From: Balanoglossus misakiensis
Lineage: Eukaryota; Animalia; Hemichordata
Assembly: GCA_040954595.2 (NCBI GenBank)
Contig: CM082583.2
Location: 13,490,391-13,554,390 of the forward strand
DNA length: 64,000 nucleotides
Direction: 5' to 3'
In this document: positions 1-11,933 of the stretch, in pieces
Position numbering within the stretch: position 1 is the first letter of the stretch
Layout: each line of letters begins with the position of its first letter
The notes under the pieces: generated by a model
Seen by the model: the letters and a program-made list of their open reading frames with translations, nothing else
Told to the model about the DNA's origin: nothing
Databases searched by the model: none
Program-made: the position numbers and the translations under genes

Positions 1-3000
1 AAATTTTGAAAATTCGCAAAGTCGAAAAATCCTCGATTTTTGAACATTTTCCTGAGCTATAACCCATGGTTTTTTTCAAAAAATGACCAAAATTTTGAAA
101 ATTCGCAAAGTCGAAAAATCCTCGATTTTTGAACATTTTCCTGAGCTATAACCCATGGTTTTTTTCAAAAAATGACCAAATTTTGAAAATTCGCAAAGTC
201 GAAAAATCCTCGATTTTTGAACATTTTCCTGAGCTATAACCCATGGTTTTTTTCAAAAAATGACCAAATTTTGAAAATTCGCAAAGTCGAAAAATCCTCG
301 ATTTTTGAACATTTTCCTGAGCTATAACCCATGGTTTTTTTCAAAAAATGACCAAATTTTGAAAATTCGCAAAGTCGAAAAATCCTCGATTTTTGAACAT
401 TTTCCTGAGCTATAACCCATGGTTTTTTTCAAAAAATGACCAAATTTTGAAAATTCGCAAAGTCGAAAAATCCTCGATTTTTGAACATTTTCCTGAGCTA
501 TAACCCATGGTTTTTTCAAAAAATGACCAAATTTTGAAAATTCGCAAAGTCGAAAAATCCTCGATTTTTGAACATTTTCCTGAGCTATAACCCATGGTTT
601 TTTCAAAAAATGACCAAATTTTGAAAATTCGCAAAGTCGAAAAATCCTCGATTTTTGAACATTTTCCTGAGCTATAACCCATGGTTTTTTCAAAAAATGA
701 CCAAATTTTGAAAATTCGCAAAGTCGAAAAATCCTCGATTTTTGAACATTTTCCTGAGCTATAACCCATGGTTTTTTCAAAAAATGACCAAATTTTGAAA
801 ATTCGCAAAGTCGAAAAATCCTCGATTTTTGAACATTTTCCTGAGCAATAACCCATGGTTTTTTTCAAAAAATGACCAAATTTTGAAAATTCGCAAAGTC
901 GAAAAATCCTCGATTTTTGAACATTTTCCTGAGCTATAACCCATGGTTTTTTTCAAAAAATGACCAAATTTTGAAAATTCGCAAAGTCGAAAAATCCTCG
1001 ATTTTTGAACATTTTCCTGAGCTATAACCCATGGTTTTTTTCAAAAAATGACCAAATTTTGAAAATTCGCAAAGTCGAAAAATCCTCGATTTTTGAACAT
1101 TTTCCTGAGCTATAACCCATGGTTTTTTCAAAAAATGACCAAATTTTGAAAATTCGCAAAGTCGAAAAATCCTCGATTTTTGAACATTTTCCTGAGCTAT
1201 AACCCATGGTTTTTTTCAAAAAATGACCAAATTTTGAAAATTCGCAAAGTCGAAAAATCCTCGATTTTTGAACATTTTCCTGAGCTATAACCCATGGTTT
1301 TTTCAAAAAATGACCAAATTTTGAAAATTCGCAAAGTCGAAAAATCCTCGATTTTTGAACATTTTCCTGAGCTATAACCCATGGTTTTTTCAAAAAATGA
1401 CCAAATTTTGAAAATTCGCAAAGTCGAAAAATCCTCGATTTTTGAACATTTTCCTGAGCTATAACCCATGGTTTTTTTCAAAAAATGACCAAATTTTGAA
1501 AATTCGCAAAGTCGAAAAATCCTCGATTTTTGAACATTTTCCTGAGCTATAACCCATGGTTTTTTCAAAAAATGACCAAATTTTGAAAATTCGCAAAGTC
1601 GAAAAATCCTCGATTTTTGAACATTTTCCTGAGCTATAACCCATGGTTTTTTCAAAAAATGACCAAATTTTGAAAATTCGCAAAGTCGAAAAATACTCGA
1701 TTTTTGAACATTTTCCTGAGCTATAACCCATGGTTTTTTCAAAAAATGACCAAATTTTGAAAATTCGCAAAGTCGAAAAATACTCGATTTTTGAACATTT
1801 TCCTGAGCTATAACCCATGGTTTTTTTCAAAAAATGACCAAATTTTGAAAATTCGCAAAGTCGAAAAATACTCGATTTTTGAACATTTTCCTGAGCTATA
1901 ACCCATGGTTTTTTTCAAAAAATGACCAAATTTTGAAAATTCGCAAAGTCGAAAAATACTCGATTTTTGAACATTTTCCTGAGCTATAACCCATGGTTTT
2001 TTTCAAAAAATGACCAAATTTTGAAAATTCGCAAAGTCGAAAAATCCTCGATTTTTGAACATTTTCCTGAGCTATAACCCATGGTTTTTTTTCAAAAAAT
2101 GACCAAATTTTGAAAATTCGCAAAGTCGAAAAATCCTCGATTTTTGAACATTTTCCTGAGCTATAACCCATGGTTTTTTTCAAAAAATGACCAAATTTTG
2201 AAAATTCGCAAAGTCGAAAAATCCTCGATTTTTGAACATTTTCCTGAGCTATAACCCATGGTTTTTTTCAAAAAATGACCAAATTTTGAAAATTCGCAAA
2301 GTCGAAAAATCCTCGATTTTTGAACATTTTCCTGAGCTATAACCCATGGTTTTTTTCAAAAAATGACCAAATTTTGAAAATTCGCAAAGTCGAAAAATCC
2401 TCGATTTTTGAACATTTTCCTGAGCTATAACCCATGGTTTTTTCAAAAAATGACCAAATTTTGAAAATTCGCAAAGTCGAAAAATCCTCGATTTTTGAAC
2501 ATTTTCCTGAGCTATAACCCATGGTTTTTTTCAAAAAATGACCAAATTTTGAAAATTCGCAAAGTCGAAAAATCCTCGATTTTTGAACATTTTCCTGAGC
2601 TATAACCCATGGTTTTTTTCAAAAAATGACCAAATTTTGAAAATTCGCAAAGTCGAAAAATCCTCGATTTTTGAACATTTTCCTGAGCTATAACCCATGG
2701 TTTTTTTCAAAAAATGACCAAATTTTGAAAATTCGCAAAGTCGAAAAATCCTCGATTTTTGAACATTTTCCTGAGCTATAACCCATGGTTTTTTTCAAAA
2801 AATGACCAAATTTTGAAAATTCGCAAAGTCGAAAAATCCTCGATTTTTGAACATTTTCCTGAGCTATAACCCATGGTTTTTTTCAAAAAATGACCAAATT
2901 TTGAAAATTCGCAAAGTCGAAAAATCCTCGATTTTTGAACATTTTCTTGAGCTATAACCCATGGTTTTTTCAAAAAATGACCAAATTTTGAAAATTCGCA

Positions 3001-6000
3001 AAGTCGAAAAATCCTCGATTTTTGAACATTTTCCTGAGCTATAACCCATGGTTTTTTTCAAAAAATGACCAAATTTTGAAAATTCGCAAAGTCGAAAAAT
3101 CCTCGATTTTTGAACATTTTCCTGAGCTATAACCCATGGTTTTTTCAAAAAATGACCAAATTTTGAAAATTCGCAAAGTCGACAAATCCTCGATTTTTGA
3201 ACATTTTCCTGAGCTATAACCCATGGTTTTTTTCAAAAAATGACCAAATTTTGAAAATTCGCAAAGTCGAAAAATCCTCGATTTTTGAACATTTTCCTGA
3301 GCTATAACCCATGGTTTTTTCAAAAAATGACCAAATTTTGAAAATTCGCAAAGTCGAAAAATCCTCGATTTTTGAACATTTTCCTGAGCTATAACCCATG
3401 GTTTTTTCAAAAAATGACCAAATTTTGAAAATTCGCAAAGTCGAAAAATCCTCGATTTTTGAACATTTTCCTGAGCTATAACCCATGGTTTTTTCAAAAA
3501 ATGACCAAATTTTGAAAATTCGCAAAGTCGAAAAATCCTCGATTTTTGAACATTTTCCTGAGCTATAACCCATGGTTTTTTCAAAAAATGACCAAATTTT
3601 GAAAATTTGCAAAGTCGAAAAATCCTCGATTTTTGAACATTTTCCTGAGCTATAACCCATGGTTTTTTCAAAAAATGACCAAATTTTGAAAATTCGCAAA
3701 GTCGAAAAATCCTCGATTTTTGAACATTTTCCTGAGCTATAACCCATGGTTTTTTTCAAAAAATGACCAAATTTTGAAAATTCGCAAAGTCGAAAAATCC
3801 TCGATTTTTGAACATTTTCCTGAGCTATAACCCATGGTTTTTTCAAAAAATGACCAAATTTTGAAAATTCGCAAAGTCGAAAAATCCTCGATTTTTGAAC
3901 ATTTTCCTGAGCTATAACCCATGGTTTTTTCAAAAAATGACCAAATTTTGAAAATTCGCAAAGTCGAAAAATCCTCGATTTTTGAACATTTTCCTGAGCT
4001 ATAACCCATGGTTTTTTCAAAAAATGACCAAATTTTGAAAATTCGCAAAGTCGAAAAATCCTCGATTTTTGAACATTTTCCTGAGCTATAACCATGGTTT
4101 TTTCGAAAAAATGACCAAATTTTGAAAATTCGCAAAGTCGAAAAATCCTCGATTTTTGAACATTTTCCTGAGCTATAACCCTTGGCTTTTTCAAAAAATG
4201 AGCAAATTTTGAAAATTCGCAAAGTCGAAAAATCCTCGATTTTTGAACATTTTCCTGAGCTATAACCCATGGCTTTTTTCAAAAAATGACCAAATTTTGA
4301 AAATTCGCAAAGTCGAAAAATCCTCGATTTTTGAACATTTTCCTGAGCTATAACCCATGGTTTTTTTCAAAAAATGACCAAATTTTGAAAATTCGCAAAG
4401 TCGAAAAATCCTCGATTTTTGAACATTTTCCTGAGCTATAACCCATGGTTTTTTTCAAAAAATGACCAAATTTTGAAAATTCGCAAAGTCGAAAAATCCT
4501 CGATTTTTGAACATTTTCCTGAGCTATAACCCATGGTTTTTTTCAAAAAATGACCAAATTTTGAAAATTCGCAAAGTCGAAAAATCCTCGATTTTTGAAC
4601 ATTTTCCTGAGCTATAACCCATGGTTTTTTCAAAAAATGACCAAATTTTGAAAATTTGCAAAGTCGAAAAATCCTCGATTTTTGAACATTTTCCTGAGCT
4701 ATAACCCATGGTTTTTTCAAAAAATGACCAAATTTTGAAAATTCGCAAAGTCGAAAAATCCTCGATTTTTGAACATTTTCCTGAGCTATAACCCATGGTT
4801 TTTTCAAAAAATGACCAAATTTTGAAAATTCGCAAAGTCGAAAAATCCTCGATTTTTGAACATTTTCCTGAGCTATAACCCATGGTTTTTTTCAAAAAAT
4901 GACCAAATTTTGAAAATTCGCAAAGTCGAAAAATCCTCGATTTTTGAACATTTTCCTGAGCTATAACCCATGGTTTTTTCAAAAAATGACCAAATTTTGA
5001 AAATTCGCAAAGTCGAAAAATCCTCGATTTTTGAACATTTTCCTGAGCTATAACCCATGGTTTTTTTCAAAAAATGACCAAATTTTGAAAATTCGCAAAG
5101 TCGAAAAATCCTCGATTTTTGAACATTTTCCTGAGCTATAACCCATGGTTTTTTCAAAAAATGACCAAATTTTGAAAATTCGCAAAGTCGAAAAATCCTC
5201 GATTTTTGAACATTTTCCTGAGCTATAACCCATGGTTTTTTCAAAAAATGACCAAATTTTGAAAATTCGCAAAGTCGAAAAATCCTCGATTTTTGAACAT
5301 TTTCCTGAGCTATAACCCATGGTTTTTTCAAAAAATGACCAAATTTTGAAAATTCGCAAAGTCGAAAAATCCTCGATTTTTGAACATTTTCCTGAGCTAT
5401 AACCCATGGTTTTTTCAAAAAATGACCAAATCTTGAAAATTCGCAAAGTCGAAAAATCCTCGATTTTTGAACATTTTCCTGAGCAATAACCCATGGTTTT
5501 TTTCAAAAAATGACCAAATTTTGAAAATTCGCAAAGTCGAAAAATCCTCGATTTTTGAACATTTTCCTGAGCTATAACCCATGGTTTTTTTCAAAAAATG
5601 ACCAAATTTTGAAAATTCGCAAAGTCGAAAAATCCTCGATTTTTGAACATTTTCCTGAGCTATAACCCATGGTTTTTTTCAAAAAATGACCAAATTTTGA
5701 AAATTCGCAAAGTCGAAAAATCCTCGATTTTTGAACATTTTCCTGAGCTATAACCCATGGTTTTTTCAAAAAATGACCAAATTTTGAAAATTCGCAAAGT
5801 CGAAAAATCCTCGATTTTTGAACATTTTCCTGAGCTATAACCCATGGTTTTTTTCAAAAAATGACCAAACTTTGAAAATTCGCAAAGTCGAAAAATCCTC
5901 GATTTTTGAACATTTTCCTGAGCTATAACCCATGGTTTTTTCAAAAAATGACCAAATTTTGAAAATTCGCAAAGTCGAAAAATCCTCGATTTTTGAACAT

Positions 6001-9000
6001 TTTCCTGAGCTATAACCCATGGTTTTTTTCAAAAAATGACCAAATTTTGAAAATTCGCAAAGTCGAAAAATCCTCGATTTTTGAACATTTTCCTGAGCTA
6101 TAACCCATGGTTTTTTCAAAAAATGACCAAATTTTGAAAATTCGCAAAGTCGAAAAATCCTCGATTTTTGAACATTTTCCTGAGCTATAACCCATGGTTT
6201 TTTCAAAAAATGACCAAATTTTGAAAATTCGCAAAGTCGAAAAATCCTCGATTTTTGAACATTTTCCTGAGCTATAACCCATGGTTTTTTCAAAAAATGA
6301 CCAAATTTTGAAAATTCGCAAAGTCGAAAAATCCTCGATTTTTGAACATTTTCCTGAGCTATAACCCATGGTTTTTTTCAAAAAATGACCAAATTTTGAA
6401 AATTCGCAAAGTCGAAAAATACTCGATTTTTGAACATTTTCCTGAGCTATAACCCATGGTTTTTTTCAAAAAATGACCAAATTTTGAAAATTCGCAAAGT
6501 CGAAAAATACTCGATTTTTGAACATTTTCCTGAGCTATAACCCATGGTTTTTTCAAAAAATGACCAAATTTTGAAAATTCGCAAAGTCGAAAAATCCTCG
6601 ATTTTTGAACATTTTCCTGAGCTATAACCCATGGTTTTTTTCAAAAAATGACCAAATTTTGAAAATTCGCAAAGTCGAAAAATCCTCGATTTTTGAACAT
6701 TTTCCTGAGCTATAACCCATGGTTTTTTCAAAAAATGACCAAATTTTGAAAATTCGCAAAGTCGAAAAATCCTCGATTTTTGAACATTTTCCTGAGCTAT
6801 AACCCATGGTTTTTTCAAAAAATGATCAAATTTTGAAAATTCGCAAAGTCGAAAAATCCTCGATTTTTGAACATTTTCCTGAGCTATAACCCATGGTTTT
6901 TTCAAAAAATGACCAAATTTTGAAAATTCGCAAAGTCGAAAAATCCTCGATTTTTGAACATTTTCCTGAGCTATAACCCATGGTTTTTTTCAAAAAATGA
7001 CCAAATTTTGAAAATTCGCAAAGTCGAAAAATCCTCGATTTTTGAACATTTTCCTGAGCTATAACCCATGGTTTTTTTCAAAAAATGACCAAATTTTGAA
7101 AATTCGCAAAGTCGAAAAATCCTCGATTTTTGAACATTTTCCTGAGCTATAACCCATGGTTTTTTCAAAAAATGACCAAATTTTGAAAATTCGCAAAGTC
7201 GAAAAATCCTCGATTTTTGAACATTTTCCTGAGCTATAACCCATGGTTTTTTCAAAAAATGACCAAATTTTGAAAATTCGCAAAGTCGAAAAATCCTCGA
7301 TTTTTGAACATTTTCCTGAGCTATAACCCATGGTTTTTTTCAAAAAATGACCAAATTTTGAAAATTCGCAAAGTCGAAAAATCCTCGATTTTTGAACATT
7401 TTCCTGAGCTATAACCCATGGTTTTTTTCAAAAAATGACCAAATTTTGAAAATTCGCAAAGTCGAAAAATCCTCGATTTTTGAACATTTTCCTGAGCTAT
7501 AACCCATGGTTTTTTTCAAAAAATGACCAAATTTTGAAAATTCGCAAAGTCGAAAAATCCTCGATTTTTGAACATTTTCCTGAGCTATAACCCATGGTTT
7601 TTTCAAAAAATGACCAAATTTTGAAAATTCGCAAAGTCGAAAAATCCTCGATTTTTGAACATTTTCCTGAGCTATAACCCATGGTTTTTTCAAAAAATGA
7701 CCAAATTTTGAAAATTCGCAAAGTCGACAAATCCTCGATTTTTGAACATTTTCCTGAGCTATAACCCATGGTTTTTTTCAAAAAATGACCAAATTTTGAA
7801 AATTCGCAAAGTCGAAAAATCCTCGATTTTTGAACATTTTCCTGAGCTATAACCCATGGTTTTTTCAAAAAATGACCAAATTTTGAAAATTCGCAAAGTC
7901 GAAAAATCCTCGATTTTTGAACATTTTCCTGAGCTATAACCCATGGTTTTTTCAAAAAATGACCAAATTTTGAAAATTCGCAAAGTCGAAAAATCCTCGA
8001 TTTTTGAACATTTTCCTGAGCTATAACCCATGGTTTTTTCAAAAAATGACCAAATTTTGAAAATTTGCAAAGTCGAAAAATCCTCGATTTTTGAACATTT
8101 TCCTGAGCTATAACCCATGGTTTTTTCAAAAAATGACCAAATTTTGAAAATTCGCAAAGTCGAAAAATCCTCGATTTTTGAACATTTTCCTGAGCTATAA
8201 CCCATGGTTTTTTTCAAAAAATGACCAAATTTTGAAAATTCGCAAAGTCGAAAAATCCTCGATTTTTGAACATTTTCCTGAGCTATAACCCATGGTTTTT
8301 TCAAAAAATGACCAAATTTTGAAAATTCGCAAAGTCGAAAAATCCTCGATTTTTGAACATTTTCCTGAGCTATAACCCATGGTTTTTTCAAAAAATGACC
8401 AAATTTTGAAAATTCGCAAAGTCGAAAAATCCTCGATTTTTGAACATTTTCCTGAGCTATAACCCATGGTTTTTTCAAAAAATGACCAAATTTTGAAAAT
8501 TCGCAAAGTCGAAAAATCCTCGATTTTTGAACATTTTCCTGAGCTATAACCCATGGTTTTTTCGAAAAAATGACCAAATTTTGAAAATTCGCAAAGTCGA
8601 AAAATCCTCGATTTTTGAACATTTTCCTGAGCTATAACCCATGGTTTTTTCAAAAAATGAGCAAATTTTGAAAATTCGCAAAGTCGAAAAATCCTCGATT
8701 TTTGAACATTTTCCTGAGCTATAACCCATGGCTTTTTTCAAAAAATGACCAAATTTTGAAAATTCGCAAAGTCGAAAAATCCTCGATTTTTGAACATTTT
8801 CCTGAGCTATAACCCATGTTTTTTTTCAAAAAATGACCAAATTTTGAAAATTCGCAAAGTCGAAAAATCCTCGATTTTTGAACATTTTCCTGAGCTATAA
8901 CCCATGGTTTTTTTCAAAAAATGACCAAATTTTGAAAATTCGCAAAGTCGAAAAATCCTCGATTTTTGAACATTTTCCTGAGCTATAACCCATGGTTTTT

Positions 9001-9350
9001 TTCAAAAAATGACCAAATTTTGAAAATTCGCAAAGTCGAAAAATCCTCGATTTTTGAACATTTTCCTGAGCTATAACCCATGGTTTTTTTCAAAAAATGA
9101 CCAAATTTTGAAAATTCGCAAAGTCGAAAAATCCTCGATTTTTGAACATTTTCCTGAGCTATAACCCATGGTTTTTTCAAAAAATGACCAAATTTTGAAA
9201 ATTTGCAAAGTCGAAAAATCCTCGATTTTTGAACATTTTCCTGAGCTATAACCCATGGTTTTTTCAAAAAATGACCAAATTTTGAAAATTCGCAAAGTCG
9301 AAAAATCCTCGATTTTTGAACATTTTCCTGAGCTATAACCCATGGTTTTT
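1..9350 (+). repeat. Homogeneous tandem satellite array, 87/88-bp monomer (runs off the window start)
   Basis: About 107 near-identical copies of AAATTTTGAAAATTCGCAAAGTCGAAAAATCCTCGATTTTTGAACATTTTCCTGAGCTATAACCCATGG(T6/T7)CAAAAAATGACC. Length variation is almost entirely in the T run after the CCATGG (NcoI) site. Confidence 0.99.
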
Positions 9351-11933
9351 TCGAGGATTTTTCGACTTTGCGAATTTTCAAAATTTGGTCATTTTTTGAA
9401 AAAACCATGGGTTATAGCTCAGGAAAATGTTCAAAAATCGAGGATTTTTCGACTTTGCGAATTTTCAAAATTTGGTCATTTTTTGAAAAAACCATGGGTT
9501 ATAGCTCAGGAAAATGTTCAAAAATCGAGGATTTTTCGACTTTGCGAATTTTCAAAATTTGGTCATTTTTTGAAAAAAACATGGGTTATAGCTCAGGAAA
9601 ATGTTCAAAAATCGAGGATTTTTCGACTTTGCGAATTTCAAAATTTGGTCATTTTTTGAAAAAACCATGGGTTATAGCTCAGGAAAATGTTCAAAAATCG
9701 AGGATTTTTCGACTTTGCGAATTTTCAAAATTTGGTAATTTTTTGAAAAAACCATGGGTTATAGCTCAGGAAAATGTTCAAAAATCGAGGATTTTTCGAC
9801 TTTGCGAATTTTCAAAATTTGGTCATTTTTTGAAAAAACCATGGGTTATAGCTCAGGAAAATGTTCAAAAATCGAGGATTTTTCGACTTTGCGAATTTTC
9901 AAAATTTGGTCATTTTTTGAAAAAACCATGGGTTATAGCTCAGGAAAATGTTCAAAAATCGAGGATTTTTCGACTTTGCGAATTTTCAAAATTTGGTCAT
10001 TTTTTGAAAAAACCATGGGTTATAGCTCAGGAAAATGTTCAAAAATCGAGGATTTTTCGACATTGCGAATTTTCAAAATTTGCTCATTTTTTGAAAAAAC
10101 CATGGGTTATAGCTCAGGAAAATGTTCAAAAATCGAGGATTTTTCGACTTTGCGAATTTTCAAAATTTGGTCATTTTTTGAAAAAACCATGGGTTATAGC
10201 TCAGGAAAATGTTCAAAAATCGAGGATTTTTCGACTTTGCGAATTTTCAAAATTTGGTCATTTTTTGAAAAAACCATGGGTTATAGCTCAGGAAAATGTT
10301 CAAAAATCGAGGATTTTTCGACTTTGCGAATTTTCAAAATTTGGTCATTTTTTGAAAAAACCATGGGTTATAGCTCAGGAAAATGTTCAAAAATCGAGGA
10401 TTTTTCGACTTTGCGAATTTTCAAAATTTGGTCATTTTTTGAAAAAACCATGGGTTATAGCTCAGGAAAATGTTCAAAAATCGAGGATTTTTCGACTTTG
10501 CGAATTTTCAAAATTTGGTCATTTTTTCGAAAAAACCATGGGTTATAGCTCATGAAAATCATCCAGAAATGACAATTTTTCGACTTTGCGAATTTTCAAA
10601 ATTTGGTCATTTTTTCGAAAAAAACATGGGTTATAGCTCAGGAAAATGTTCAAAAATCGAGGATTTTTCGACTTTGCGAATTTTCAAAATTTGGTCATTT
10701 TTTGAAAAAACCATGGGTTATAGCTCAGGAAAATGTTCAAAAATCGAGGATTTTTCGACTTTGCGAATTTTCAAAATTTGGTCATTTTTTGAAAAAACCA
10801 TGGGTTATAGCTCAGGAAAATGTTCAAAAATCGAGGATTTTTCGACTTTGCGAATTTTCAAAATTTGGTCATTTTTTCGAAAAAACCATGGGTTATAGCT
10901 CATGAAAATCATCCAGAAATGACAATTTTTCGACTTTGCGAATTTTCAAAATTTGGTCATTTTTTCGAAAAAACCATGGGTTATAGCTCATGAAAATCAT
11001 CCAGAAATGACAATTTTTCGACTTTGCGAATTTTCAAAATTTGGTCATTTTTTCGAAAAAAACATGGGTTATAGCTCATGAAAATCATCCAGAAATGACA
11101 ATTTTTCGACTTTGCGAATTTTCAAAATTTCTTCATTTTTTCGAGAAAACCATGGGTTATAGCTCATGAAAATCATGGGTTATAGCTCATGAAAATCATC
11201 CAGAAATGACAATTTTTCGACTTTGCGAATTTTCAAAATTTTTTCATTTCTTGATAAAAATCATGGGTTATAGCTCATGAAAATCTTCAAAAATCGACGA
11301 TTTTTCGACTTTGCGAATTTTCAAAATTTCTTGATAAAAATCATGGGTTATAGCTCATGAAAATCTTCAAAAATCGACGATTTTTCGACTTTGCGAATTT
11401 TCTAAATTTCTTGATAAAAATCATGGGTTAAAGCTCATGAAAATCTTCAAAAATCGACGATTTTTCGACTCTGCGAATTTACAAAAAATCTTCATTTCTT
11501 GATAAAAATCATGGGTTATAGCTGAACGAATTTTGAAAATTTATTCATTTAAAAAAAAAATCATGGGTTATAACTCATGAAAACTGTCAAAAACGACAAA
11601 TTCTCGACTTTGAACAATTTTGAGATTTTGTCAATTTTAGACATTTTTCATGGGTTATAGTTCATGAAAACCTTCAAAGACACAAATTTTCGACTTTGCC
11701 TACTTTTGATGATTTTGTCAATTTTGGACATTTTTCATGGGTTATAGCTCATGAAAACCTTCAAAGACACACATTTTCGACTTTGCAAACTTTTGACGAT
11801 TTTGTCATTTTTGGACATTTTTCATGGGTTATAGCTCATGAAAACTGTCAAAAACGACAAATTCTCGACTTTGAACATTTTGTAAATTTCATCAGATTTG
11901 GACATTTTACATGGGTTATAGCACATGAAAACC
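9351..11933 (-). repeat. Inverted block of the same satellite, progressively diverging toward the gene-proximal edge
   Basis: From 9351 the sequence is the reverse complement of the monomer (TCGAGGATTTTTCGACTTTGCGAATTTTCAAAATTTGGTC...). Copies are near-perfect to ~10550, then variant monomers appear. The last recognisable core, CATGGGTTATAGCACATGAAAA, is at 11910-11931. Confidence 0.97.

Noticed and set aside
12-28. CENP-B box-like TTCGCAAAGTCGAAA in the monomer
   Set aside because: The spacing is one base short and the CGGG end of NTTCGNNNNANNCGGGN is missing. The resemblance is partial only.
322-10905. Dozens of ORFs up to 395 aa made of 29-aa repeats (KKPWVIAQENVQ.. / MGYSSGKCSKIED..)
   Set aside because: They arise because an 87-bp monomer lacks stops in two frames of one strand. 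Frames switch at every T6/T7 change, the ORFs flip strand with the inversion, and there is no synonymous-site bias or known domain.
11562-11933. CRISPR-like look: palindromic 26-bp repeat with ~61-bp spacers
   Set aside because: The spacers are homologous to each other and to the satellite monomer, the context is eukaryotic, and there are no cas genes.
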